Assembly: GCF_004010195.1 (NCBI RefSeq)
Contig: NC_057719.1
Location: forward strand, 1,619,761-1,677,277
From: Chiloscyllium plagiosum
Taxonomy: Eukaryota
Length of the DNA stretch: 57,517 bases
Reading direction: 5' to 3'
The notes under the pieces are model-generated. The model was not told the origin of the DNA. It made no database searches and saw only the letters and a list, made by a program, of their open reading frames with translations. The position numbers and the translations under genes are program-made. Of the stretch, positions 39,791-50,413 are shown piece after piece (the first letter of the stretch is position 1; every line of letters starts with the position of its first letter).

Positions 39791-40519
39791 TAGAACCAGT
39801 TTCTCCTTGATTACTCAAGTGCAAGTCCTAAGATTTTGAATGCTTCTATTAAATCTCTCCTTGTCCTTTTCTGTTCAAAAGAGAACAACTCCAGCTTTTC
39901 TCTCCATTGATTGGAAATCCCTTGCCTTGGATGCCTGTTCCAGTCCTGAGCTAAGCAAGTGTAACACCATTCTGACTTCTGCTCCCTCATCAGATCAACT
40001 GATTTCAATAAACTATGGCTAGACTGAAACCTTCCTGTTGTTTAGACTCAGTATCACATCATGGGCTTGTTCACATGGAGATCTTCTTTTTCTTTTTAAA
40101 AGCAAAATATCACAGAAAACAAAAACATAAAAAAAGTGTTCATGCACTCACCCACCTTCTGGATCAATTACTGTGAAGATCTGTAATGGAAAACCATCAA
40201 AGATGTTTTTCTGTTGAAATGGTTTCTATTTTAAAAGTACATTACAGTTTCAAGTTAATGTCTGTATCTGTAGAAGTTATCTTGCCTGCATTGTATTTAT
40301 CATGAAATCCTTTACCAATTACTTTTACATTGAGTGATGAGCTGTGGTTTCCTCAATGGCATATGGTCCAGATAAAGTTGTCTGCCTTTTTATCGGTGGC
40401 TGAACTGAAAACATGACATGGGATTTTTTTTTCAAAATACTGATGGGGAAGTTCTCTGGTTCTCACCTCCTCACTTGGCTCCTGCATGGCTTAGCTGGCA
40501 GAAAGATAGTGAAAGAGAT

Positions 40520-40836
40520 TTGCCTTTCATTATTTAAGGATGTCTCAAAGCGCTGCTATAATGTAAGCAGTGTGAGAGCCAATTACATATAAAGCAAGCT
40601 CCCAAAGATAGCAGTGAGATAAGTGACCTTGTTTCTGGATGTTTGGTGATGTTGATTTTTGCATAAATATTGTTCAGGACCTTGTTAACACATTTCTGCA
40701 ATTCTTCAAAATAGTGTTGTGAGATCTTTTATCTGAGGGCATGTGGGACCTTGGTCTAATATCTGAAAGAACATACCTTCAAGAGTGCGGCTCTCCCTCT
40801 ATTGCATTGGAAGTGTCAGCCTTGAATATGTACTCT
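40520..40836 (-). mobile_element. SacSINE1-like DeuSINE (ancient)
   Basis: The reverse complement reads aggctgacacttcc..tgc..agagggagagccgcac...tctttcagat..tagaccaaggtccc...aaaagatctc..cactattttgaagaa...aatatttat...gggagcttgct, matching the Deu-domain order as recalled. Confidence 0.65.
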
Positions 40837-40899
40837 GGTCTAATAAATCATTTGCAGAAATGACTGAATATGTGTAAATTAATTATTGTTTTATTTCAG

Positions 40900-40939
40900 T
40901 TGGAGCAAGAACTCTCCAAAAAATTGGTGGATTTTGAAG
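40900..40939 (+). CDS. BRF1: BRF1 40-bp coding exon (human exon ~9 equivalent)
   Basis: ttatttcag|TTGGAG...TTTGAAG|gtaatt; LEQELSKKLVDFE(G), matching human LEQVLSKKLEEVEG; phases 0-1 fit both neighbours. Confidence 0.93.
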
Positions 40940-41154
40940 GTAATTGAACATCATTCCCCTTCTCTCTCTCTCTTCCTAAAGCCCTCTCCCTCTCTTTCTC
41001 TCTTTTTTTTAACATGTTCACTTGTGTCTAACCCTGCCTCCCCAAACCTTTCCCAACTTCTGGCAATGAAGAGTTCAATTTCATAGATGGTTATTCATAG
41101 GTTAGTTTTCATAATGTGCATTTTAAAAATAAAAATTCTGTTGATATTTTGCAG

Positions 41155-41247
41155 GCGAAATCGCAAGTTATCAAGATGAGATTGAGACTGAACTGGAGAT
41201 CACTCGACCAAGGTATCGAGGAGCTTATGCTAACTATGCTAAAGGAG
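41155..41247 (+). CDS. BRF1: BRF1 coding exon (human exon ~10 equivalent)
   Basis: ttttgcag|GCGAAATC...AAAGGAG|gtatgt; 93 bp. (G)[30 protein letters not shown] versus human [20 protein letters not shown]. Confidence 0.94.
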
Positions 41248-41629
41248 GTATGTACACCTAACAAATTGCTTTTTTTGAGTGGTTGTTGAGGGCTTAATTG
41301 TATAATAATAAAATTTTAATATGCCATGTACCATGAATACATGCAGTTTTCATCACCTCCCTCAAGTGACTATTTTTCATGGACTCTGAAATGTAGAGCT
41401 TCATGGCTCGTCCTAGACGGACTTGCTCATACTTACTAACAGAAGCAGCCTTCAAGAGATTAGACCACCAAGACTTGTTACAACACGTCTACCTATCCTG
41501 TCCTCATAAGGCAGTGTTAGGATGGAAGTCCCTGTGATTTGACCTCCAGTGCCTTAAACCTCAGGAAGGGTAAATGATGTTATTGCTCTGAATCAAACTT
41601 TTAAATGGCTAACTGCTATAAGTTGACAG

Positions 41630-42982
41630 ATTGGAGTTTCAAGTTGTTTTCGTTGAGAGTAGCCTATATGATCGGGGGCAGATGTTCGCAGGTAAATGGG
41701 TGGCTGGAAAATGGGAAGCCTTCAGGAATGAGATAACGAGAATCCAGAGAAAGTATATTCCTGTCAGGGTAAAAGGAAAGGCTGAAAATGTGTTGCTGGA
41801 AAAGCACAGCAGATCAGGCAGCATCCAAGGAACAGGAGAATCGACGTTTCAGGCATGAGCCCTGCCTGACCTGCTGTGCTTTTCCAGAAACACATTTTCA
41901 GCTATGATCTCCAGCATCTGCAGTCCTCACTTTCTCCTAAAAGGAAAGGCTGGTAGGTATAGGGAATGCTGGATGACGAAAGAAATTGAGGGTCTGGTTA
42001 AGAAAAAGAAGGAAGCATATGTAAGGTATAGACAGGATAGATCAAGTGAATCCTTAGAAGAGTATAAAGGCAGTAGGAGTAAATTTAAGAGGAAAATCAG
42101 GAGGGCAAAAAGGGGACAGAAGATAGCTTTGGCAAATAGAGTTAAGGAGAATCCAAAGGGTTTTTACAAATACATTAAGGACAGAAGAGTAACTAAGGAG
42201 AGAATAGGGCCCCTCAAAGATCAGCCATGCAGCCTATGTGTGGAGCTGCAGAAAATGGGAAAGATACTAAATGAGTATTTTGTATCAGTGTTTACCATGG
42301 AACAGGATATGGAAGATATAGAATGCAGAGAAATAGATGGTGACATAGTGAAGAAGGCATTTGGTATGCTTTCCTTTATTGGTCAGAATATTGAGTACAG
42401 GGGTTGGGAGGTCATGTTGCAACTGTACAGGATATTGGTTAGGGCACTGTTGGAATATTGCATGCAATTCTGGTCTCCTTCCTATCGGAAAGATGTTGTG
42501 AAACTTGAAAGGGTTCAGAAACGATTTACAAGGATGTTGCCAGGGTTGGAGGATTTGAGCTATAGGTAGAGGCTGAATATGCTAGGGCTGTTTTCCCTGG
42601 AGCATCAGAGGTTGAGGGGTGACCTTATAGAGGTTTATAAAATTATGAGGGGCATAGATAGGATAAATAGACAAAGTATTTTCCCTGGGGTCGGGGAGTC
42701 CAGAACTAGAGGGCATAGGTTTAGGGTGAGAGGGGAAAGATACAAAAGAGACCTAAAGGGCATCTTTTTCACTCAGAGGGTGGTACGTGTATGGAATGAG
42801 CTACCAGAGGAACTGGTGGAGTTTGGTACAATTGAAACATTTGAATGGGTATATGAATAGGAAGGGTTTAGAGGGATATGGGCCGGGCACTGGCAGGTGG
42901 GACAAGGTTGAGTTGGGATATCTGGTCGGCATGGATGGGTTGGACCGAAGGGTCTGTTTCCATGCAGTATATCTCTATGACT
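41630..42982 (+). mobile_element. HER1/CR1 LINE with an internal RT deletion and a Penelope insert
   Basis: Tether region (ANRVKENPKGFYKYIK) is joined at ~42347 directly to the C-terminal RT (IVKKAFGMLSFIG); tctctatgact tail. Confidence 0.9.
41785..41937. mobile_element. Inverted Penelope pLTR mini-insertion with ~15-bp TSD
   Basis: TAAAAGGAAAGGCTG at 41770-41784 and 41938-41952. The uninterrupted CR1 site is visible at ~47610 (gaaaggaaaggctggcagg). Confidence 0.85.
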
Positions 42983-43319
42983 GATGTGGTGTGTGAATAA
43001 CCAATAATTATATCATTGTTTGAAAAAAACAGTGCTTGCCCTAGGTCAATATTCCTCCACATACCATTTCAGAAACACATTTGATTTGATTTACTATTGT
43101 CACATGTATCTAGGTACAGTGAAAAATGTTGTTTTGTGTGCAGTACAGCCAAACCATACCGTACAAAGTTGAATGATCCACTCTATGGAAGACAGTACAA
43201 TGAAGGGTATGTAGGTTAGTCTGATCTTAGAGTCGGAAAAAAAGGCTGGCATAACACCGAGGGCCGAAGGGCCTATACTGTGCTGTACTGTTCTATGTTC
43301 TGTACACACTAGCCAGTAG

Positions 43320-43800
43320 TCTCATTGTGGGATCTTGAGTTCCATGGTGAAAAGGTCTTTCCTCCAACCTCCTCAACGTCCTGCCCCTTACTTTAAATCT
43401 ATGCCTCCTTGTCATTGATCCCTTCGTCAATGGGAAAATTTCTTCCTGTCTGCCTTATCTATGTCCCTCAATTTATATATCTCAATCGTGTCCTCTCTCA
43501 GTCTCCTCTGTTCCAAGGAAAATAACCCCACTCTGTCCAATCTCTGAAACTCTCCAGCCTAAGCAACGTCCTGGTAAATCTCCTCCGCACTCTCTCCAGT
43601 GCTATCACATTCCTCCTATAACATGGATTCCCAAACTGCACACAATAGCCCAGCTGTGGCCTATCTGATCTTTTATGCAGTTCCAGCATTACCTCCCTGC
43701 TCTTAAACTCTATGCCTGAAGTGTGTCATATGCCTTCTTAACTACTTTATCTGATAATTTAAGAAACCGGTAGATGCATGCGCTGAGGTCCCCCTCATCC
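43320..43800 (-). mobile_element. Old CR1 3' fragment
   Basis: RPQLGYCVQFGNP...ALERVRRRFTR. Confidence 0.7.
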
Positions 43801-44121
43801 TAAGTGATTGGATGGCCGAAGGGCCTGTTCCTGTGTTGTATCGTTCTTTGTTTTTCCCTGGCATCCTACTGCTCAACATGTATTCATTTGCCTTGTTTGG
43901 TATTATATACAATGTATATACAGGTAGGATATATGTACAACAGCAGATAGCCAGGTGTGAGCAACAAACTAATTTAATCAAGGTGTTGATATGAATATAA
44001 ATCTAAAAAGAGCAGTTAAGATGTCTCGTAAATTAGATTTTGCAAAGGGACTCAGTAGTTCGTGAATCACTGGCTGTTTGCAAACTGTTTTTTTGTTTCA
44101 CGGAAAAATACTGTGTTCCAG

Positions 44122-44409
44122 ATACTCTGGATGATGGAGCCTCAGTAACCTCCAGTGGATTAGGTGAGGAAGAGGGTGAGGATGAAGAGCTGACGGCGGT
44201 CGCAAACCATCTCAACAAGGATTTCTGTGATGACTTCCTCAATGAAGAGCGGCCAAAAGAGAATGATAAAACAGAGGAGGAGAAAGAATCAGAGCCTCCG
44301 CCCAAACCCCCGAATATAGCCTCTCTGTTAGGCCCCCTCCCTACAGCAGCCAGCCTTGGCCTGAAGGAGTCCATTGAAGAGTGTATAGCAGCTGATGAAC
44401 CTGAGTCAG
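44122..44409 (+). CDS. BRF1: BRF1 coding exon (human exon ~11 equivalent), acidic linker
   Basis: gtgttccag|ATACTCTG...GAGTCAG|gtaagt; 288 bp, phase 1-1. Contains EDEELTAVANHLNKDF and [22 protein letters not shown] (human [38 protein letters not shown]). Confidence 0.94.
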
Positions 44410-46527
44410 GTAAGTGTACTTAACGTTCTTGACTGTGTCTATAATGCAGTAGGAATGTGTTGCCTGCAAATTTGAAACTACATGGTGATTTGGATGAGAG
44501 AATAATGTCACACACAGTTATGAGTCATTCTATCTCTGCACTGTGACTAACTAAGTGAGCCTGCCTGTGCTGTGCACCTGAGCTCTCGCACACTGCTGCC
44601 AATTCATAATATTTCAGTTTTCAAGTAATGTAATAAGTTCTTTAAAGTTGAAAACTCAACAACTGACTCGATTGCTGATTCTTCTCGTTCTGAACCCTTG
44701 CACACTGTGATGTAATTGCTCCACTGTTGTCAGCATGTTGTCAGCTGTGTCACCGCTCAGTTCTGCTATTCTCACCCCATCCCCTCTCCTCCCCCAAACT
44801 CATTGCCTCCCTTTTCTCCTTTGAGATTTCCCTTAAAAACTCACTTCTTTGACAAGCTTTAACTTGCCTGGTCTATTAGCTCCTAAAGTGGCTTAGCATC
44901 AGTATTTTTGGATAATGCTGCTATGAAGTCTCATGGGACATTTTGCTATATTAAAGAAGCTTTATAAAAAATATTGTTAGGAGGGCATTGTTTAAGCCCA
45001 AGACTACTAAAATGATATTTGTGGTCCGTTGATTTTCTGACCAGTTGCCTAACATGCTTGTGCAATGTTCCTTTCTGCAGCTGTTTACACTGCTGGAAAT
45101 GGAAAAATGCTTCCAATAATATATAACGGAGAGAATTATTGGGGTTTTTTGTTGACATCTCCAATGTATCTTTCTCAGCTTTAATATCTTCTGTAGATCT
45201 GTTGGTTACACGTTCAAAGGGAAAAGTATTTGAAAATGAAGAACTATTTCTCTGTTGAGCTGAGCGCGTAATGCAGTAAGCTTTATGTGCTGGAAGCTAC
45301 ACATTAATAGACAGAACCGTGTTCTTTGCAGACAGAAAGAACAAGCACTACGCCAGTTTTCAACTCAACAGAATAAGCAACAGCCATTCTTTGGTTAATT
45401 TCTCAGGGTAATGTCTTGACCAATCAATCTATTAGTTTAAAATTTAGGTATTTTCTATTTAAACTGTGCAAAGATCTTAATAAGCATTTCTGGAGCAGGT
45501 GGACTTAAACCTGAGTTTCCTGACTCAAAGATAGGGACATTACTATTGTACCATGAGTGACCCATTGGGACAGAGTTCAGCCTGTTCAGTGATGTCATGA
45601 TGCACCTTTGGAGCACGTGGGAGTTGAACACAGACCTCCAGGCTCCATAGGGACGTTACCACTGTGCCACAAGGGCTTGAACAATGAAAATTTGAACAAA
45701 ACTTGGCAATTAACTGTCTCAATCATCATTAATTGGTGTATTAATGGAAATGCATCCACCAATCTGAGTCTAACTTCCAACGAATTAGCACTGTCCTCTC
45801 ATACAGCATGAATGTTGGGTTTGTTCCTTTAATAGTATCCTCATAAATGTCCTGATGAGCACAGAGTTAAAAGATTTCATAAAATATGTTTATTTCTCAG
45901 CAATGCTCAAGTTGTACATGACCAAATGATTACTTCTGCTGAGTTGTGTTTGCTTGGTTTTGAGAAGGTGTGTGTATACTTTTTCTGTCTGGCTGTCCAC
46001 ACTGAAGTACACATACGTATTCATATCGCTCAATATGTGGTATGCAACGGTAAAGTAAAAGCTGATACATTCAGCTTTAGGTCTGGTGATATTATGGAAT
46101 TCTGGAGTTTCTTGTATAGGAGACATGCAGTGGGTCTTGGCAGGCTAATTGACTCTGGAAGCCAGCATAGTCATCGGTCCCCAAATTCCTACAGCGGACC
46201 CAGACATGGTGCTGGTTAATGATCAATGGTACAATCCCAATCTGTTCTGTCCATATGCCTCCAGTACAGGTGTAAGAGGCTCAGACTGCCTGTAGTTCCA
46301 CATCTGTTAAATGTTCACTGATGAAACAGATGGATGAAGTGAATTTAAAGTCATATCTGTTCCCAGTTGCGCACTTCCAGATCATGGTTGTCCACTCTTT
46401 GGTCTCCTTAATGAGACTAATGACTCTTAATCACTTGTGACTGTGATTTCTTTTCCCGCATGGAACTTAGTTGAAGAGCTTCAGCTGAAGGTGCATACGT
46501 CTGAACTGAATCAAACAACTTAGGCTG

Positions 46528-46785
46528 GACTTCAACAGCTTCCTCATTTCCCCTTCCCCCACCTCATCCTAGTTTCAAACTTCCCTTGACTTGTCCGGAC
46601 TTGTCCGAACTGCCTAGCTCCTTTTCCACCTATCCACTCCACTCTCTCCTCATTCCTGATGAAGGGCTTTTGCCCGAAACGTCGATTTTGCTGAAGCTCC
46701 TCGATGCTGCCTGAACTGCTGTGCTCTTCCAGCACCACTAATCCAGAATCTGGTTTCCAGCATCTGCAGTCATTGTTTTTACCTC
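46528..46785 (+). mobile_element. Penelope 3' fragment with pLTR, internally deleted
   Basis: Reverse-complement match to 56676-57040 (ggacttcaacag.ttcctcatttccccttcc...cattcctgatgaagggc...gtttttacct). Confidence 0.85.
46652..46687 (+). ncRNA. Minimal type I hammerhead ribozyme motif (Penelope-type), best-preserved copy
   Basis: ATTC-CTGATGA-A-GGGC TTTT GCCC-GAAA-CG-TC-GATT; perfect 4-bp stem II, extra A after A9, GUC cleavage site ending at 46683. Confidence 0.7.
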
Positions 46786-46818
46786 ATTGACATATAAAGC
46801 TCTGTTTAAAAATATGAA

Positions 46819-47034
46819 TGATTCGGAGATGCCGGTGTTGGACTGGGGTGTACAAAGTTAAAAATCACACAACACCAGGTTATAGTCCAACAGGTTTAAT
46901 TGGAAGCACACTAGCTTTTGGAGCGATGCTCCTTCATCAGGTGATTGTCCTGATGAAGGAGCGTCGCTCCGAAAGCTAGTGTGCTTCCAATTAAACCTGT
47001 TGGACTATAACCTGGTGTTGTGTGATTTTTAACT
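46819..47034. mobile_element. Palindromic Penelope pLTR insertion (second family) with 11-12-bp TSD
   Basis: 86-bp arms 46856-46941 and 46949-47034 with 2 mismatches and a 7-nt loop. AAAAATATGAA at 46808-46818 and 47035-47045. Hammerhead core CTGATGA-A-GGAGC GTC GCTCC-GAAA-GC-TA at 46950-46978. Confidence 0.88.
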
Positions 47035-47439
47035 AAAAATATGAAGGTACACATATGATTCTATGATCTATAAACAGTCATGAAGGTAGTAAAAGCAATC
47101 TTTTAATATTTTTAAGATGTAAGTAGATAGATTCTTGATGAGCAGGGGAGTGCAAGGTTATCTGGGGTGGGCTGAAATCTGGGGCTCTCAGAGCAGTCAG
47201 GATTTAATTGAATGATGGAGCAGGTTCAAAGGGCCGAATGGCCTGCTCCTCCTCTGGCGTAATCCAGCTGCTGTGCTTCAGACCATCCTGTTCTCTCATG
47301 GTTTTCTAAGTGAGGAGGAAAAGCAAAATATGTCACTTAAACTGCTGAATTCAAGAATGCTGAGTAATTCTTGCTCATAACTTCTTAGCGTTAGTTCTTA
47401 AGCTCAAAGTATTTTTTTTATATCGCCTAAAGGTTTTAG

Positions 47440-49185
47440 TCCTGGCTCAGTGTATTATGCACCTCCACCACTGGAGTGAGAAAGTCATGGGTTGTGCATA
47501 TAATCCGGGCTGACACACTCAGTGCTGCATGGTAAAGGGATGACTGGAAAATGGGAAGCCTTCAGCAATGAGATAACGAGAATCCAGAGAAAGTATATTC
47601 CTGTCAGGGTGAAAGGAAAGGCTGGCAGGTAAAAGGAATGCTGGATGACTAAAGACATTGAGGGTTTGGTTCAGAAAAAGAAGGAGGCATATGTCAGGTA
47701 TAGACAGGATAGATTGAGCGAATCCTTAGAAGAGTATAAAGGCTGTAGGAAATATACTTAAGAGGGAAATCAGGAGGGCAAAACAGAGACATGAGATAGC
47801 TTTGGCAAATAGCGTTAAGAAGAATTCAAAGGGTTTTTACAAATACATTAAGGACAAAAGAGTAACTAGAGAGAGAGAGAATAGGGCCCCTCAAAGATCA
47901 GAAAGGCGGCCTTTGTGTGGAGCCACAGAAGATGAGGGAGTTACTAGACGAGTATTTTGCATCAGTATTTATTGTGAAAAAGGACATGGAAGATATAGAA
48001 TGTAGAGAAATAGATGGTGACATCTTGCAAAATGTCCATATTACAGAGGAGGAAGTGCTGGAAGTCTTGAAACGGGTAAAGGTGGATAAATCCCCAGGAC
48101 CTGATCAGGTGTACCCTAGAACTCTGTGGGAAGCTAGAGAAGTGATTGCTGGGCCTCTTGCTGAGATATTTGTATCATTGATAGTCACAGGTGAGGTGCC
48201 GGAAGACTGACCATTGGCTAACGTGGTGCCACTGTTTAAGAAGAGTGGTAAGGACAAGCCAAGGAACTACAGACCAGTGAGCTTGATGTTGGTGGTGGAC
48301 AAGTTATAGAGTCATAGAGATGCACTGCATGGAAACAGACCCTTCGGTCCAACCCGTCCTTGCCGACCAGATATCCCAACCCAATCCAGTCCCAGCTGCC
48401 AGCACCCGGCCCATATCCCTCCAAACCCTTCCTAATCATATACCCACCCAAATGCCTCTTAAATGTTGCAATTGTACCAGCCTCCACCACATCCTCTGGC
48501 AGCTCGTTCCATACACATGCCAACCTCTGTGATCTGAAAAATGTTGTGAAACTTGAAAGGGCTCAGAAAAGATTTACAAGGATGTTGCCAGAGTTGGAGG
48601 ATTTGAGCTATAAGGAGAGGCTGAACAGGCTGGGGCTGTTTTCCCTGGAGCGTTGGAGGCTGAAGGGTGACCATATAGAAGTTTTAAAAATTATGAGTGG
48701 CATGGATAGGGTAAATAAACAAGATCTTTTCCCTGGGGTGGGGTAGTCCAGAACTAGAGGGCATAGCTTTAGGGTGAGAGAGGAAAGATATAAAAGGGAC
48801 CTAAGGGGCAACGTTTTCAGACAGTGGGTGGTACATGTATGGAATGAGCTGCCAGAGGATGTGGTGAAGGCTGGTACAATTGCAACATTTTAAAGGCATC
48901 TGAATGGATATATGAACAGGAAGGGTTTGGAGGATTATAGGCTGGGCGCTGGCAGGTGGGACTAGATTGGGTTGGGATATCTGGTTGGCATGGACGGGTT
49001 GAACTGAAGGGTCTGTTTCCATGCTGTACATCTCTATGACTCTATGAATGAGTGCTGTGCTGTCAGAAATCTGTCTTTCAGATGAGGTGTTAACCCAAGG
49101 TCCAAATGTTTGTGAATGTTCCCATGGTCACTAATTCAAAAAGAGGCAAATTCTCAGGCTGTCCTGACTAATATTTATTCCTTGT
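47440..49185 (+). mobile_element. SacSINE1-like DeuSINE split by a CR1 insertion (halves ~47440-47527 and ~49045-49185)
   Basis: ...taatccgggctgacacactcagtgc | gagtgctgtgctgtcaga..gtctttcagatgaggtgttaacccaagg...cccatgg...gtcctgactaatatttattc; the two halves are collinear with the copy at 40520-40836. Confidence 0.6.
47528..49046 (+). mobile_element. HER1/CR1 LINE whose RT core is replaced by an inverted 3' fragment (48306-48532)
   Basis: KSPGPDQVYPRTL...NYRPVSL | minus-strand tail atagagtcatagagatg... | resumes at VVKLERAQKRFTRML; ctatgactctatga tail. Confidence 0.88.
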
Positions 49186-49479
49186 AAAGACTACTTCTAT
49201 TTATTTTTGGAAGGTGAACTAAAATGGGTGAAGATGCTTTAAACCATCGAAATTGTAAGAAGAGGTTTTAAAAACCAATTACTGGAGCATATTGAAAATT
49301 GTATATCCGATGATGCCTTATCAGAGTAGTGAAGAAGTCTCGACAAACTGTTAGTGTTCAGGACAATTGCGCCAGTCTTTTGATTGACGTTTTACTCAGC
49401 AGCAGTTGTTGTGGACTCGGGAGAACTCAGCATGGTAACTGCCTCTTGACTGGGCAGGTGTCTACAGCTTTGTATGTAG

Positions 49480-49775
49480 GTGCTCAGTGGTTAGCACTGC
49501 TGCCTCACAGTGCCAGGAACCTGGGTTTGATTCCAGCCTCGGGTGACTGTATGTGCAGAGTTTGCACGTTCTCCCCATGTCTGTGTGGGTTTCCTTCGGA
49601 TGCTCTGGGTTCCCCTCTCAATCCAAAGATGTGCAGGTTAGGTGGATTGGCCATGGGAAATTGCCCACAGTGTTAGGTGTATTAGTCAGAGGGAAATGGG
49701 TCTGGGTGGGTTACTCTTCAGAGGGTCGGTGTGGACTTGTTGGGCCAAATGGCCTGTTTCTGCACTGTCGGAAAT
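49480..49775 (+). mobile_element. HE1-type V-SINE
   Basis: gctcagtggttagcactgctgcc...gggtttgattcc...gagtttgcacgttctcccc...ggcctgtttc. Confidence 0.85.
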
Positions 49776-49830
49776 TCAATCCATTCCATACGACTGCAGG
49801 AATATCCAGCCAGCAAAGTGAAAGCATCCA

Positions 49831-50057
49831 TCTCTCTCTCTCGCTCTCTCTCTCGCTCTCTCTCTCGCTCTCTCTCGCTCTCTCTCTCTCGCTCTCTCTC
49901 TCGCTCTCTCTCTCGCTCTCTCTCTCGCTCTCTCTCTCGCTCTCTCTCTCGCTCTCTCTCTCGCTCTCTCTCTCGCTCTCTCTCTCGCTCTCTCTCTCGC
50001 TCTCTCCCTCTCTCTCTCCCTCTCTCTCTCTCTCTCCCCCTCTCTCTCCCTCTCTCC
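49831..50057. repeat. Compound (TC)n microsatellite with a ~12-bp higher-order unit (GCTCTCTCTCTC)n
   Basis: Pyrimidine tract with a G mostly every 12 nt, grading into TCCC variants at the 3' end. Confidence 0.97.
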
Positions 50058-50413
50058 GTGCTGTGTGGAGAAGTAAAAGCAAATTCCCAGAAGCTAGTTA
50101 CTTTTCCTCACCCTTCCCCTGTAAGCTGCTCTCTTTGCAAATACCATGTTGAAAGCCAAAAGGGAAAACCCACCTTCGGAGGCTGTGAAAAGCTGAATTT
50201 TCAGCCAGTGAATGCGAGACTGAGAATTGGTATATCCACAGTGTCATGTCCTCAGCAAAAATTGAAAGGAACCGAAAGATAAAAGCTGATGGACATCTGC
50301 AGTTCAAACTGCTGCTATCAAACTCTATTTCTCTGATTTTCTTTTTTGGTCCACCCATAATATTTATTTCTTTACTATATGTGTGAATGGGAATTTTTTA
50401 AAGGAGTGGTGGA

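Noticed and set aside
46856..47034. Palindrome as a DNA-transposon MITE, CRISPR repeat or conserved miRNA
   Set aside because: It has an asymmetric 37-bp extension, a hammerhead core and a related one-armed copy at ~15725-15818, all fitting a Penelope pLTR. There is no repeat-spacer array and the context is eukaryotic.
49210..49262. EGEL...IEIVR resembling GELDL...LEIDR
   Set aside because: In-frame TAA, wrong spacing and no proper splice sites.
49553..50282. Long SL/SR/ER-repeat ORFs resembling SR proteins
   Set aside because: Translations of the (TC)n microsatellite and an adjacent SINE.
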